In this document: positions 10,047-21,072 of the stretch, one piece after another
How positions within the stretch are numbered: position 1 is the stretch's first letter
How the letters are laid out: the number at the start of each line of letters is the position of its first letter
From: Hyphomicrobium sp.
GTDB taxonomy: Bacteria > Pseudomonadota > Alphaproteobacteria > Rhizobiales > Hyphomicrobiaceae
Length of the DNA: 64,000 nucleotides
NCBI RefSeq assembly: GCF_009026145.1
Contig: NZ_WBUE01000011.1
Span: 40,118-104,117, forward strand
Direction: 5' to 3'
Translations under genes and position numbers: made by a program
The notes under the pieces: model-generated
Database searches by the model: none
What the model saw: only the letters and a program-made list of their open reading frames with translations
Told to the model about the DNA's origin: nothing

Positions 10047-11348
10047 ATGTTTAACGCGAAGGCCGAGCCCGTCTCGAAGAGCGGATTTTTCACCGCCAGC
10101 ATTGCCGACGGCGATCCAGAGGTCGCGGATGCGATCAAGAAGGAACTGGGCCGGCAGCAGTACGAAATCGAGCTGATCGCCTCCGAGAACATCGTCTCCA
10201 AGGCGGTGCTGGAAGCGGCCGGCAGCGTGCTCACCAACAAGTATGCCGAGGGCTACCCTGGGCGCCGCTACTACGGCGGATGTCAGTACGTCGACATCGT
10301 CGAGCAGCTGGCCATAGACCGCGCCAAGAAGCTGTTCGGCTGCGGTTTCGCCAACGTGCAGCCGAACTCGGGCAGCCAGGCGAACCAGGGCGTGTTCAAC
10401 GCGCTCGCCACGCCGGGCGACACCATCCTCGGCCTCAGCCTCGCCGCCGGCGGTCACTTGACGCACGGCTCGCCGGTCAACCAGTCGGGCAAGTGGTTCA
10501 AGCCGGTGTCGTACATGGTGCGCCCCGACACCCACCGCATCGACATGGACGAGGTTTATAAGCTCGCGCTCGAGCATCGCCCGCGCATCATCATCGCCGG
10601 CGGCTCGGCCTATCCGCGCCACATCGAGTTCGCCGACTTCCGCGCCATCGCCAACGAGGTGGGCGCATTCCTCATGGTCGACATGGCCCACTTCGCCGGT
10701 CTCGTCGCCGGCGGCCAGCACCCGAGCCCCTTCCCGCATGCCCACGTCGTCACCACGACGACGCACAAGACGTTGCGCGGCCCGCGCGGCGGCATGATTC
10801 TCACCAACGACGAGGAGATCGCCAAGAAGATCAACTCGGCGATCTTCCCGGGTATCCAGGGCGGCCCGCTGATGCACATCATCGCCGCCAAGGCGGTGGC
10901 CTTCGGCGAGGCGCTGCGCCCCGACTTCAAGGTCTACGCCAAGAACGTCATCGAGAATGCCAAGGCGATGGGCGAGGTGCTGGTCAACTCAGGCTTCGCG
11001 CTGGTTTCTGGCGGCACCGACACGCACCTGATCCTGCTCGACCTGCGCCCGAAGAAGCTGACCGGCAACATCTCCGAGAAGGCGATGGGGCGTGCGCACA
11101 TTACCTGCAACAAGAACGGCGTGCCGTTCGATCCGGAGAAGCCGATGGTCACCTCCGGCGTGCGCCTCGGTGCTCCCGCCGGCACCACGCGCGGCTTCGG
11201 CGTCGCCGAGTTCCAGGAGATCGGCCGCATGATCGCCGAGGTGCTCGACGGCCTCGCCAAGAACGGCGAAGCCGGCAACGGCGCCGTGGAGGAGAAGGTG
11301 AAGGCGCAGGCCATCGACCTGTGCAAGCGCTTCCCGATCTACTCCTGA
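10047..11348 (+). CDS. glyA: Serine hydroxymethyltransferase
   Basis: [37 protein letters not shown]. Confidence 0.97.
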   Translation: MFNAKAEPVSKSGFFTASIADGDPEVADAIKKELGRQQYEIELIASENIVSKAVLEAAGSVLTNKYAEGYPGRRYYGGCQYVDIVEQLAIDRAKKLFGCGFANVQPNSGSQANQGVFNALATPGDTILGLSLAAGGHLTHGSPVNQSGKWFKPVSYMVRPDTHRIDMDEVYKLALEHRPRIIIAGGSAYPRHIEFADFRAIANEVGAFLMVDMAHFAGLVAGGQHPSPFPHAHVVTTTTHKTLRGPRGGMILTNDEEIAKKINSAIFPGIQGGPLMHIIAAKAVAFGEALRPDFKVYAKNVIENAKAMGEVLVNSGFALVSGGTDTHLILLDLRPKKLTGNISEKAMGRAHITCNKNGVPFDPEKPMVTSGVRLGAPAGTTRGFGVAEFQEIGRMIAEVLDGLAKNGEAGNGAVEEKVKAQAIDLCKRFPIYS

Positions 11349-11480
11349 TCGACAGTTACCAACATGGCGCGGCGCGCTTGGGATATCCTGTGCGCGCCGC
11401 GTTGCCTCTGCGGTCTCCTAGCAGCTAATAATCATCCACCGCGCTCGGCTGCTCGAGCCAGCCGGCGGAGGAAAGCCTAA

Positions 11481-12008
11481 ATGCGCTGCCCCTACTGCGC
11501 CGGCGAAAACACGCAAGTGAAGGACAGCCGCCCCACCGAGGAGAACGCGGCCATCCGCCGGCGGCGCATCTGCCCCGATTGCGGGGGGCGCTTCACCACC
11601 TTCGAGCGGGTGCAATTGCGCGAGTTGCTGGTCGTCAAGCGTTCGGGCCGCAAGGTGCCCTTCGATCGCGACAAGCTTATGCGGTCCGTAAACGTCGCCC
11701 TCCGCAAGCGCCCCATCGACCCCGAGCGCGTCGAGCGCATGGTGTCGGGGCTTGTGCGCCAGCTGGAGAGCGCCGGCGAAAGCGAGGTCGCCTCCTCGAC
11801 TATCGGCGGCCTCGTGATGGAGGCACTGCGCGGCCTCGATCCTGTCGCCTACGTTCGCTTTGCTTCCGTCTACCGCGATTTCCGCGAGGCAGCCGACTTC
11901 CACGAGGTGCTCGGCGAGATTGCCGCCGAGCCGGTCGGCGCGCATGAAGCGCCGCATATCGCCTTCGAGAGCTCCGTTGTGGAGACGGCGCCGCTCAAGA
12001 AGCATTGA
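11481..12008 (+). CDS. nrdR: Transcriptional repressor NrdR
   Basis: MRCPYC...DSR...[18 protein letters not shown] zinc ribbon; ATP cone ending [10 protein letters not shown]. Confidence 0.96.
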   Translation: MRCPYCAGENTQVKDSRPTEENAAIRRRRICPDCGGRFTTFERVQLRELLVVKRSGRKVPFDRDKLMRSVNVALRKRPIDPERVERMVSGLVRQLESAGESEVASSTIGGLVMEALRGLDPVAYVRFASVYRDFREAADFHEVLGEIAAEPVGAHEAPHIAFESSVVETAPLKKH

Positions 12009-13162
12009 GCGCGATGGGTCCCGCGGAGCGCGCCGGCTTCGACGCCCACATGATGCAGATCGCGCTCAGTCTCGCCGCGCGCGGGCTCGGCCGCACGGCT
12101 CCCAATCCGGCCGTCGGCGCGGTGATCGCGGACGAGCGGACCGGCGAGATCATCGCGCGCGGCTGGACGGCGCCGGGTGGGCGTCCGCATGCCGAGACGG
12201 AGGCTATCGCGCGCGCCGGGGCGCGGGCGCGCGGCGCCACCATGTATGTGACGCTCGAGCCGTGCTCCCATCACGGGGTGACGCCGCCGTGTGCCGACGC
12301 CATCCTGAATGCGGGCCTCGCGCGCGTCGTCTGCGCCATCGAGGATCCCGACCCGCGCGTCGCCGGGCGCGGGCTCGCCCGCTTGCGGCAGTCGGGGATC
12401 GAAGTCGAACGCGGGCTGCTGCTCGAGCCAGCCCACTGGGTCGCCGCCGGGCACATCCTGCGCGTCACCGAGCGCCGCCCGTTGATGACCGCCAAGCTGG
12501 CGCTCGACGCCGCGGGCGAGGTGCCGCGCGGCCGTCGGGGCCAGCCGACGTGGGGCACGAGCGAGGCGTCACGGGCACTGGGGCACCTGATGCGTGCCCG
12601 CTCGGATGCGATATTGGTGGGCAGGCGCACGGTGCTCGACGATGATCCGCTGCTCACCTGTCGCCTGCCGGGACTCGCAGCACGCTCGCCGGTGCGGATC
12701 GTGTTGGCGCGCGATCCCGAGGGACTCGAACTGTCGCGGCTGGTGCAGACGGCGAGCCAACACCCGCTGTGGGTCGTCTGTGGCGAAGGCATCGACGTCG
12801 CTGCACTCGCCGCCAAAGGCGTGGAAGTGGTGTCGGCGCCGCTGGTTGGCGGCGAGCTATGGCTGCCGGCGGTGATGGAAAGGCTCGTTGCCCGCGGGAT
12901 CACGCGGCTGCTGCTCGAAGGTGGCCCCACAACCTGGACCGCCTTCTCGCGCGCTAGCCTCATCGACGAGATTGTGCTGTTCCATGCACGCGGTAGCGAC
13001 GGCGCCGAGCTATCACCGCCCGCGGCGCTCAAGGCGATCGGCCGCTACGTGTCGACGAGTGGCTTCGACATTTACGATCGGCGAACCGTCGGCGGAGACG
13101 ATATGCTGGCACTGCGCCGGCACTGGCACCGCGGCAACCGCGGACAAACCGAAGGCAAGTGA
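12005..13162 (+). CDS. ribD: Bifunctional riboflavin deaminase/reductase
   Basis: PNPAVG, HAE...[14 protein letters not shown]; reductase motifs DDPLLTCR and LLEGG. Confidence 0.93.
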   Translation: MSAMGPAERAGFDAHMMQIALSLAARGLGRTAPNPAVGAVIADERTGEIIARGWTAPGGRPHAETEAIARAGARARGATMYVTLEPCSHHGVTPPCADAILNAGLARVVCAIEDPDPRVAGRGLARLRQSGIEVERGLLLEPAHWVAAGHILRVTERRPLMTAKLALDAAGEVPRGRRGQPTWGTSEASRALGHLMRARSDAILVGRRTVLDDDPLLTCRLPGLAARSPVRIVLARDPEGLELSRLVQTASQHPLWVVCGEGIDVAALAAKGVEVVSAPLVGGELWLPAVMERLVARGITRLLLEGGPTTWTAFSRASLIDEIVLFHARGSDGAELSPPAALKAIGRYVSTSGFDIYDRRTVGGDDMLALRRHWHRGNRGQTEGK

Positions 13163-13183
13163 AGGCAGCGAGGAAGCCAAGCC

Positions 13184-13777
13184 ATGTTCACCGGCATCGT
13201 CTCAGACATCGGCGAGGTTATCGCGCACGACAATGGTCGCTTCAGCATCCGCGCCCGCTACCCGGCATCGGAGCTGGAGGTCGGCGGATCGATGGCCTGC
13301 GACGGCTGCTGCCTGACGATGACGTCGGTGCGTGCCGAGGCGAGCGGGAGCATCTTCACCGTCGACGTCTCGAACGAGACTCGCGGCAAGACGACCCTCG
13401 GCGAGTGGCAGCCTGGCCGCAAGGTCAACCTTGAGCGCTCGCTGCGCCTGGGCCAGGAGTTGGGTGGGCATCTTGTCACCGGCCACGTCGACGGCCTTGC
13501 CCGCATCGTCGAGATCGTGCCGGACGGGGAAAGCCGCCGCTTCTCCCTCGAGGTACCTGAGCACCTGGCACCCTATATCGCTCCCAAAGGCTCGGTTGCG
13601 CTCGATGGCGTGTCGCTGACCGTGAACGAGGTGAGCGATACCCGCTTCGGCGTCAACGTCATCCCACACACCTTGACGGTGACGACCTGGGGCGCGAAAA
13701 CCCCCGGGCAATCCGTCAACCTCGAGGTTGACCTGTTTGCGCGCTACATCGCGCGGCTCCTGGAGTTTCGACCGTGA
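13184..13777 (+). CDS. ribE: Riboflavin synthase
   Basis: N-terminal MFTGI, GCCLT, VNLERSL, GGHLVTGHVD, GVSLTVN. Confidence 0.95.
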   Translation: MFTGIVSDIGEVIAHDNGRFSIRARYPASELEVGGSMACDGCCLTMTSVRAEASGSIFTVDVSNETRGKTTLGEWQPGRKVNLERSLRLGQELGGHLVTGHVDGLARIVEIVPDGESRRFSLEVPEHLAPYIAPKGSVALDGVSLTVNEVSDTRFGVNVIPHTLTVTTWGAKTPGQSVNLEVDLFARYIARLLEFRP

Positions 13778-14925
13778 CGCACGACGTTGGCCAACACGCC
13801 ATCTCGGAAGGCCGCGGCTGTCTATCCTCGATCCCCGAGATCTTGGAGGATATGCGCAACGGCCGCATGGTCGTGCTCGTCGATGCCGAGGAACGCGAGA
13901 ACGAGGGCGACCTCGTCATCCCTGCGCAGATGGCGACGCCGGATGCCATCAACTTCATGGCACGCTATGGGCGCGGGCTCATCTGTCTCACGCTTACCTG
14001 CGCGCGCGCCAAGGAGTTGCAGCTCGAGGCGATGGTCGGCCGCAACCGCTCGCGCAACCGCACCGCATTCACGCAGTCGATCGAGGCGCGCGAAGGAATC
14101 TCTACCGGCATCTCCGCTGCCGATCGCGCGCGCACCATCGCCACGGCTATCGACGCCACCAAAGGCGCCTCTGACATCGTCTCGCCCGGGCACGTGTTCC
14201 CGCTGGTGGCGCGCGAGGGTGGCGTGTTGATCCGCGCCGGGCACACGGAGGCCTCCGTCGATCTGGCGCGTCTCGCCGGGCTCTATCCGGCAGCAGTGAT
14301 CTGCGAGATCATGAACGACGACGGCACCATGGCGCGCATGCCCGATCTCGTTGCCTTTGCGCAGCGGCACGGGTTGAAGATTGGCGCCATCGAGGATCTC
14401 ATTGCCTACCGGCTGCGCAACGATCACCTCGTGCGCGCCATCGCCAAGACGCGCGTCAATACAGCCGCCGCCGGCCAGCTCGATCTGCACGTCTACGAGA
14501 CGACGGTCGAGCCGGGCGAGCACCTTGCGCTCGTCAAGGGCGATCTGTCCGCCCCTGGACCGGTGCTGGTACGTGTGCACGCGGTCAGTCTGCTCGGTGA
14601 TCTTCTGGGAGTCGGCGAGGCCGGCGAGGGGATGCAGATCGCCAATTCGCTGCGCATGATCGAGAAGGAAGGGCGCGGCGTCGTCGTGTTGATCCGCGAT
14701 CTGCGCCCCAAGTTGGTGTCCGAGTGGATTGCGGGCCGCGTCCAGCCGAAGAAGCCAGCCGAGGGCGCGCGCGAGCGGCGGCAAGTCGAAATCGGCGTCG
14801 GCTCGCAGATTCTCACCGACCTCGGTGTACGCGATATGGTGCTACTGACGAATTCGCCGGCACACGTCTATGTCGGCCTCGAAGGCTTTGGATTGCGCAT
14901 CGTCGGCACGCGCAGGATCGAGTGA
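13774..14925 (+). CDS. ribB: 3,4-dihydroxy-2-butanone 4-phosphate synthase fused to a degenerate GTP cyclohydrolase II domain (RibBX)
   Basis: ERENEGD, PGHVFPL, RAGHTEA, CEIMNDDG. The C-terminal domain lacks the Zn-binding Cys residues (VRVHAVSLLGDLLG). Confidence 0.92.
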   Translation: MTHDVGQHAISEGRGCLSSIPEILEDMRNGRMVVLVDAEERENEGDLVIPAQMATPDAINFMARYGRGLICLTLTCARAKELQLEAMVGRNRSRNRTAFTQSIEAREGISTGISAADRARTIATAIDATKGASDIVSPGHVFPLVAREGGVLIRAGHTEASVDLARLAGLYPAAVICEIMNDDGTMARMPDLVAFAQRHGLKIGAIEDLIAYRLRNDHLVRAIAKTRVNTAAAGQLDLHVYETTVEPGEHLALVKGDLSAPGPVLVRVHAVSLLGDLLGVGEAGEGMQIANSLRMIEKEGRGVVVLIRDLRPKLVSEWIAGRVQPKKPAEGARERRQVEIGVGSQILTDLGVRDMVLLTNSPAHVYVGLEGFGLRIVGTRRIE

Positions 14926-14928
14926 GTC

Positions 14929-15450
14929 ATGGTCGTTAAAGCTGATCCTCCGGTGCGCGGTGTGGGCAGGTCCCCGAGGGGCGAGATGCGCGCGCGGGTG
15001 CTCATCATCGAAGGGCGCTTTTATGAGAAGATTTCCGACGCGCTCCTTGCTGGCGCGGTCGCGGCACTCGAGGCGCAGGGCGTCGCCTACGAGCGCATGT
15101 CGGTTCCAGGAGCGCTGGAGATCCCGCAGGTTCTGGCGCAGGCGGTCGCTGCCGGTCTCGTTCCGCGCCGCGCCGAGATCGGCAAGTTCGACGGCGCCAT
15201 TGCGCTGGGCTGCGTCATTCGCGGCCAGACCTCGCACTACGACATCGTGTGCAACAACGCCAATCACTGGCTGATGGAGGTCGCCGTCCGGCATGCCGTG
15301 CCGCTGGGCAACGGCATCCTCACGGTCGACACCGAGGCGCAGGCGCTGGCGCGGGCGCGCGGCGGCGCCGACGGAAAGGGCGGCGATGCGGCGCGCGCCT
15401 GCCTGCGGCTGATCGAGCTTCAACGCGCGTTCGAGGGGCAGAGCGCATGA
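14929..15450 (+). CDS. ribH: 6,7-dimethyl-8-ribityllumazine synthase
   Basis: VPGALEIP, ALGCVIRGQTSHYD, GNGILT. Confidence 0.93.
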   Translation: MVVKADPPVRGVGRSPRGEMRARVLIIEGRFYEKISDALLAGAVAALEAQGVAYERMSVPGALEIPQVLAQAVAAGLVPRRAEIGKFDGAIALGCVIRGQTSHYDIVCNNANHWLMEVAVRHAVPLGNGILTVDTEAQALARARGGADGKGGDAARACLRLIELQRAFEGQSA

Positions 15451-15959
15451 CCACCGCCAGCAAAGCCACGCCAACGCCCGGCAAGATCGCGCTGCCGCCG
15501 CGCACAGCGGCGCGCGTCGCCACCGTGCAGGGCCTCTACCAGATGGACCTTGCTGGCACCGACCTCAACGCCGTGATCGACGAGTTCGTGCGCCTGCGCT
15601 TTCCGCGTGCGCCGGGCGACGAGGCGGCGGCCGGTGCAGATCCGGCCTTCTTCGCCGAGCTTTTGCGCGGGGTTGTGCGCCGCCAGCGCGACATCGATCC
15701 GCTGGTCGATCAGCAGCTCGCCGAGGGCTGGCGCCTGGTGCGCATCGATGCCATCGTGCGTGCCATTCTGCGCGCCGGCGTTTTCGAGCTCATGGAGCGC
15801 CCCGACGTGCCGAGCCGCGTCGTCATCAACGAGTATATCAACGTCGCGCATTCGTTCTTCTCCGAGGACGAGCCGAAGGTGGTCAACGGCGTGCTCGACA
15901 AGCTGGCGCGCCAGCTGCGCGCCGCCGAGTTCAACCGTGATGCCACGCGATCCAAATGA
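15447..15959 (+). CDS. nusB: Transcription antitermination factor NusB
   Basis: RxAARVATVQGLYQMD, RAILR, VVINEY, VNGVLD. ATG overlaps the ribH stop. Confidence 0.93.
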   Translation: MTTASKATPTPGKIALPPRTAARVATVQGLYQMDLAGTDLNAVIDEFVRLRFPRAPGDEAAAGADPAFFAELLRGVVRRQRDIDPLVDQQLAEGWRLVRIDAIVRAILRAGVFELMERPDVPSRVVINEYINVAHSFFSEDEPKVVNGVLDKLARQLRAAEFNRDATRSK

Positions 15960-16980
15960 GGCGCCACCGCGCGAGCGCGAGATCGGCGGCGAAGAGGCGC
16001 TGATCGCCGAATACTGGGCGCCTTTGGCGGCAGATTTTCCCGGCGCCCTGGGCCTCAAGGACGATTGCGCGGTCATTGCCACGCCGGCGGGGGCCGAGCT
16101 CATCGTGACGACGGACGCGCTCATCGCCGGTGTGCACGTCTTGCCCGGCGAGGATCCGTGCGCCATTGCCTGGAAGGCGCTGGCGGTCAACATCTCTGAT
16201 CTAGTCGCCAAGGGTGCGACGCCGCTCGCCTACCTGATGAGCGTCGCGTTGCCGGATGCGCCGGAGCGGGCCTGGTTGGCAAGCTTCGCCGCGGGCCTCG
16301 CCGCCGCGCAGCAGGCATTCGGCTGCCGGCTCGCCGGCGGTGACACCGACCGCACGCCGGGACCGCTCAGTGTCTCGATCACAGCCTTCGGCACCGTTCC
16401 CAAGGGACGCATGGTGCTGCGCACGACGGCGCAACCCGGCGATCGCGTCTATGTCACCGGGTGCATCGGCGATGCCGCGCTGGGGCTGGCGCTGCGTCGT
16501 GACCCCGAGTTGCGCGCCCGCTGCAAGCTCGACGCTGCAGCCCGTCGCGATCTCGATGCCCACTTCTCGCGACCACATCCCCCGGTCGCGCTCGTGCCGG
16601 CTCTCGGCGCGTGCGCCTCGGCGGCGATGGACATCTCGGACGGACTGATGAAGGACTTCGATCGCCTTTGTCGCGCCTCCGGTGTCGGTGGGCACATCGA
16701 GGCGCCTCATGTACCGCTCTCCGAACCAGCGCGAGCGATCATCGCGGCCGGCGGTGCCACACTTGCCGACTTGATGAGTGGCGGCGAGGACTACGAGGTG
16801 CTGGCCTGCGTGCCGCCCGCACGGGCCGGCGAGTTCGAACGCCTGGCAGATAAGGCCGGCACACGTGTGACGTGCATCGGCACCATCGCGGCGGCCGCTG
16901 CCGGCGTTGTCGCGACGGATCGGGCCGGTCAAGCCGTTGTCTTCGGCAAGGCGGGCTGGGATCACTTTTCGCGATCATGA
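15940..16980 (+). CDS. thiL: Thiamine-monophosphate kinase
   Basis: DDCA, TTDALIAGVH, AVNISDLVAKGA, GGDT, MDISDGL, GGEDYE. Confidence 0.93.
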   Translation: MPRDPNEAPPREREIGGEEALIAEYWAPLAADFPGALGLKDDCAVIATPAGAELIVTTDALIAGVHVLPGEDPCAIAWKALAVNISDLVAKGATPLAYLMSVALPDAPERAWLASFAAGLAAAQQAFGCRLAGGDTDRTPGPLSVSITAFGTVPKGRMVLRTTAQPGDRVYVTGCIGDAALGLALRRDPELRARCKLDAAARRDLDAHFSRPHPPVALVPALGACASAAMDISDGLMKDFDRLCRASGVGGHIEAPHVPLSEPARAIIAAGGATLADLMSGGEDYEVLACVPPARAGEFERLADKAGTRVTCIGTIAAAAAGVVATDRAGQAVVFGKAGWDHFSRS

Positions 16981-17265
16981 TGGGATTTGAATGGGCGCGT
17001 GCGTGCGACCAAATCGGCATCACCGCGGGGGCTTGCCAGGCGGGACAATTTAACAACATCCAGGCGTCTTGGTTTGGCCATATCCTGACGGCTATTGAGG
17101 CGTTGGCGATGGGGCCAGAGGGGCGCGACCGCATACGATGGTTGCGGTCAATGATGGTGGCACATCGAGCGGAATCGGGACGGTTTCATGCTGGCATATC
17201 GCGCGCCTGCGCGGCTTTTGGGTTCGCACCTCGCCACGCGCGGGGCAGGATCTCGCGGCCTGGCC

Positions 17266-18591
17266 ATGCGTGCTCTCGTCGGCATTCTCGGCGTCTTGCT
17301 GCTTGGCGCCCCCGCACAGGCGCAGGCGGCGCAAGCGAATTGGTGGGAGAGCCTCACCGGCTCCGGCACGCCCGATTACTCCGGCCATCGCGAGGAGGAG
17401 CGTGAGCGCCAGCGCGCTGCACGCCAGTCCGAGCCGCTCGACGATCTGCGGCCCGACGCCATGCCGATGCGCTCCGACGAGATGATCACGGCCATGGAGG
17501 CCGCCATCGCGCGTTATCAGGATATCGCGCAGCAGGGCGGTTGGCCGTTGGTGCCTCCGGGGCGCATGATGCGCGAAGGCGAGGACGACGAGCGCGTCCC
17601 CATCCTACGCCGGCGGCTGATTGCCAGCGGCGATCTGAGGTCGCGCGGGCAATACTACAATTCCTACACCTTCGACGAGGAGCTGGCGGCGGCCGTCCGT
17701 CACTTCCAGCGCCGCAACGGCCTGCGCCCCACGGGTCGCGTCGAGCGCTCTACCTACCCGGCGTTGAACATGACGGTTGAGGAGCGCCTCAATCAGCTGC
17801 GCATCAATCTCGGGCGCATCCGCGAGCTGATGACGACGCCAGCCGAGGAGCGTTATGTGCTGGTCAACATCCCGGCCTTTCAGCTCGAAGCGGTGCAGAA
17901 GTACGAGGTGCAGCAGCGCCACCGCGTCATCGTCGGCCGTACCGAGCGCCAGTCACCTTCGGTGAAGGCGACCATTCGCGCTCTTAACTTTTTCCCGTAC
18001 TGGCGCGTGCCCGACAGCGTCGCCCACCTCGACCTCATCCCGCGGCTCATGAAGGAGCCGGACTACCTGCAGAACGAAAAGATCCGCGTGCTCGACCCGG
18101 CCGGCGTCACGGAGATCGATCCGCAGACCGTCGATTGGGGCTCTGCCGAGGCGAAGCGCTTCAAGTTCCGGCAGGACCCTGGACCGCAGAATGCCCTCGG
18201 TCTCGTGCGCATCGACATGCCCAACGAGCATACCGTTTACATGCACGACACGCCGATGAAGCCGCTGTTCGCGCAGCGCTCGCGCGCCTTCAGCGCCGGC
18301 TGCGTGCGCGTCGAGGGCGTGTTCGACCTCGTCGACTGGATCGCCCACCAGGAGCCCGGCTGGGGCGAGCCTGGACGGGCCCGACAGATCGTCGAGCAAG
18401 GGCAGGCGGTGGACGTCAACCTGACGCGTCCGGTCCCCGTCTACTTCGTCTACATCACCGCCTGGGCCGAGCGCGACGGCGAGGTCGAGTTCCGCCCCGA
18501 CATCTACGGTCGCGACGGCTCCGTCGACCAGATTGCCGAGATGGACCGCGATCCGAACGAGCCGGCGCCGGCGGTGACGCTCGCCCCCTGA
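17266..18591 (+). CDS. Second YcbB-like L,D-transpeptidase
   Basis: Signal peptide; AVRHFQRRNGL; RQDPGPQNALG; VYMHDTP...SAGCVRV; YITAW. Confidence 0.88.
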   Translation: MRALVGILGVLLLGAPAQAQAAQANWWESLTGSGTPDYSGHREEERERQRAARQSEPLDDLRPDAMPMRSDEMITAMEAAIARYQDIAQQGGWPLVPPGRMMREGEDDERVPILRRRLIASGDLRSRGQYYNSYTFDEELAAAVRHFQRRNGLRPTGRVERSTYPALNMTVEERLNQLRINLGRIRELMTTPAEERYVLVNIPAFQLEAVQKYEVQQRHRVIVGRTERQSPSVKATIRALNFFPYWRVPDSVAHLDLIPRLMKEPDYLQNEKIRVLDPAGVTEIDPQTVDWGSAEAKRFKFRQDPGPQNALGLVRIDMPNEHTVYMHDTPMKPLFAQRSRAFSAGCVRVEGVFDLVDWIAHQEPGWGEPGRARQIVEQGQAVDVNLTRPVPVYFVYITAWAERDGEVEFRPDIYGRDGSVDQIAEMDRDPNEPAPAVTLAP

Positions 18592-18677
18592 GGCGGATTC
18601 TCGCTTCGGCCATACTATGATGAGGCTCGCGCCCCTATATTGTTGGCGAGGGCCAATCTCATCGTCGGGGCTTGCTC

Positions 18678-19778
18678 GTGGGCTGGTCGATCAGACTATT
18701 TTCGTGGGGCGGCACCGCCGTCCGCATGCACATTACCTTCCTGCTGCTGCTGGCCTGGATCGCCGCCGTGCAATGGTCGCGCGGAGGGGCGCAGGAAGCG
18801 CTGTCGGGGGTGCTGTTCATTCTCGTGCTGTTCGGCTGCGTGCTGCTGCACGAGTTTGGGCACATCTGGGCGGCGCGGCGCTACGGCATTCGCACGCCGG
18901 ACGTGACGCTGCTTCCGATCGGCGGTGTCGCCGCCCTGGAGCGGATGCCGGAGAAGCCATCGCAGGAAATCGTCGTGGCGCTGGCCGGCCCGGCGGTCAA
19001 TCTCGTCATCGCGGTCGTGCTCATCGCCGCGCTCGGCTTGCGCTTTGACCCGGCGCAGATGTCGCTCGACGCTCTGCAGCAGACATTCCTGGCGCAGGTC
19101 GCCATCGCCAACGTGGTGCTGCTCGTCTTCAATCTCATTCCTGCCTTCCCCATGGACGGAGGCCGCGTGCTGCGGGCTCTGCTCGCGATGCGGCTCGGCT
19201 ATGCGCGTGGCACCAAGGTGGCCGCCGGCATCGGGCAGATCCTCGCCGTCGGCTTCGCCTTCCTCGGCTTCATGGGCAATCCGATACTGGTGCTCATTGC
19301 CGTCTTCATCTTCCTGGCTGCGGCGGGCGAGGCGGGCATGGTGGAGGCGCGCGAGCTGACGCGTGGTCACCCTGTCACCGAGGGCATGATCACCGCCTTC
19401 GAGCCACTCGGCGTGACGGCCACCGCCGACGATGCGGCGGCGCTGCTCTTGCGCACGACGCAGCAGGAGTTTCCCGTGCTCGACGGCGCCGGGCGGCTGC
19501 GCGGGGTGGTGACACGCAAGGCCATCATCGAAGCGCTGCGCGAGGGCAGTGGGGCGAAGCCAGCACTGGAAATCATGGAAGCCGACGTGCCGGCTGTGCC
19601 GGCGAGCGAAGATCTCGCCGCGGCGGCGAGCTTGTTGCGCCGCTCGCGTGCGGGCTTCGTCGGCGTCGTTGATAGGTCGGGGCGTCTCATCGGCTACCTG
19701 ACGCCGGAAAACCTGAGCGAGCTGATGATGATCGGGGCTTCGCGCGATAAGAGCGGGACAGGCTGGCTCGGCGGGTAG
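18678..19778 (+). CDS. Site-2 protease (M50) with CBS domains
   Basis: HEFGH zinc motif, AGPAVN, NLIPAFPMDGGR, C-terminal CBS pair. Confidence 0.92.
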   Translation: MGWSIRLFSWGGTAVRMHITFLLLLAWIAAVQWSRGGAQEALSGVLFILVLFGCVLLHEFGHIWAARRYGIRTPDVTLLPIGGVAALERMPEKPSQEIVVALAGPAVNLVIAVVLIAALGLRFDPAQMSLDALQQTFLAQVAIANVVLLVFNLIPAFPMDGGRVLRALLAMRLGYARGTKVAAGIGQILAVGFAFLGFMGNPILVLIAVFIFLAAAGEAGMVEARELTRGHPVTEGMITAFEPLGVTATADDAAALLLRTTQQEFPVLDGAGRLRGVVTRKAIIEALREGSGAKPALEIMEADVPAVPASEDLAAAASLLRRSRAGFVGVVDRSGRLIGYLTPENLSELMMIGASRDKSGTGWLGG

Positions 19779-19816
19779 GATATGCGCGCGGGCCGCGGGG
19801 CATGGAGGGCCTGGCT

Positions 19817-20307
19817 TTGATCCAATCTATCGTCACTGGACTTCCTTGGTTCTCGGCCTCGGCTGCGGACTGATCGCGGGCCTCTACTTCGCTTTCTCGA
19901 CCTTCATCATAACGGCGCTCGGCCGTATCGACCGGACGTCCGGCATTGCGGCCATGAACGCAATCAATGCCGCCATCCTGAGGTCACTGTTCATGCCGCT
20001 CTTCCTGGGAACGATCCTGGCCAGCCTCGTGCTGTCCGTCATTGCTCTCCTTCGCTGGGGCGAGCCTGGTGCGGCGGCGATGTTGAGCGGAGGCGGCATC
20101 TATTTCGTCGGCATGTTCCTGGTGACGATGATCTTCAACGTGCCGCTCAACAACACGCTCGCCGCGGTGCCCCCGGCAAGCGCCGAAGGTGCGCAAGCAT
20201 GGGCGCGCTACCTGAAACACTGGACTCTCTGGAACCACGTGCGCACAATTGCCTCCACGGCAGCCTGTGCGCTCTTTGTCGCCGCCTTCGCATCGGAGGC
20301 GGTCTGA
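19817..20307 (+). pseudogene. DUF1772/anthrone oxygenase family membrane protein, apparent frameshift near 19857
   Basis: RBS GGAGG then TTG gives MIQSIVTGLPWFSA; a different frame continues LGCGLIAGLYFAFS...NVPLNN...WTLWNHVR. One extra base joins them. May be a sequencing error. Confidence 0.65.
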
Positions 20308-20731
20308 TGGCATCGATACGTCGGGAGGAAATCGTTCAGGTTTCGGCCGAGCACGCCTGGGCCATGCTACGCGATGTCGGCAGGCCCCATCGGGTCTTCG
20401 CCGGCGTGCTGGTTGACGGCAGCATCGACGGGGACGTCCGTACCGTCACCTTCGCCAATGGCATGATCGTGCGCGAGCGCATCGTCGACATCGACGAGGA
20501 GATGCGGCGCGTGCCTATACGGTCATCGACGGCGTGTTCGAACACCATTCGGCATCGATGCAGATCATTCCCGAAGACGCCGGGTGCTGCCGGTTCGTGT
20601 GGATCAGCGACTTTCTTCCGAACGAGCGGATGCAGCTGGTGGCACCGCTCGTCGAGGCAGGCTCGCGCGCGTTGGTTCGCAACCTCGAGGCAGATTCGAA
20701 TGCCGACGGTGGCGGCGCTGCTTCGCGCTGA
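20307..20731 (+). pseudogene. SRPBCC/polyketide cyclase family protein, apparent frameshift near 20513
   Basis: MASIRRE...RTVTFANG...RERIVDIDEEMRRV continues in another frame as AYTVIDGVFEHHSASMQI...WISDFLP. May be a sequencing error. Confidence 0.7.
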
Positions 20732-20767
20732 TCGAGGGGGCGGGACCTGCGCGACAACAACGAAGGA

Positions 20768-20842
20768 TGGCTCCGCGGGTAGGATTCGAACCTACGACCA
20801 ACCGGTTAACAGCCGGTGGCTCTACCACTGAGCTACCGCGGA
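20768..20842 (-). tRNA. tRNA-Asn(GTT)
   Basis: TCCGCGGTAGCTCAGTGGTAGAGCCACCGGCTGTTAACCGGTTGGTCGTAGGTTCGAATCCTACCCGCGGAGCCA forms a cloverleaf with encoded CCA. Confidence 0.97.
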
Positions 20843-21072
20843 ATAGCCTAGCCTTTGAGGCGTCGCGCCTCTTAGCAGAAAGCGCCGGAGCGGGCCAGCG
20901 CCTTGCGTCGGGGGAGGCATCCCCTTGAGGGCGGCCCCTGCAGTCTCACAATCGCACATTTTAATCAAGGGGTTCGCCGCGGCGCGATGGCGTGCTTTGA
21001 GCCCTGCGAGACCAAGCCCTACTGCGTCCCGTCCATGGCGCCGCGATTTGACGCTGCTCGGAACAGGGCCCT

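Noticed and set aside
11349-13183. FMN riboswitch for the rib genes
   Set aside because: No AGGGCGGGGUGAAAUUCCC-like core. The genes are tightly coupled behind nrdR.
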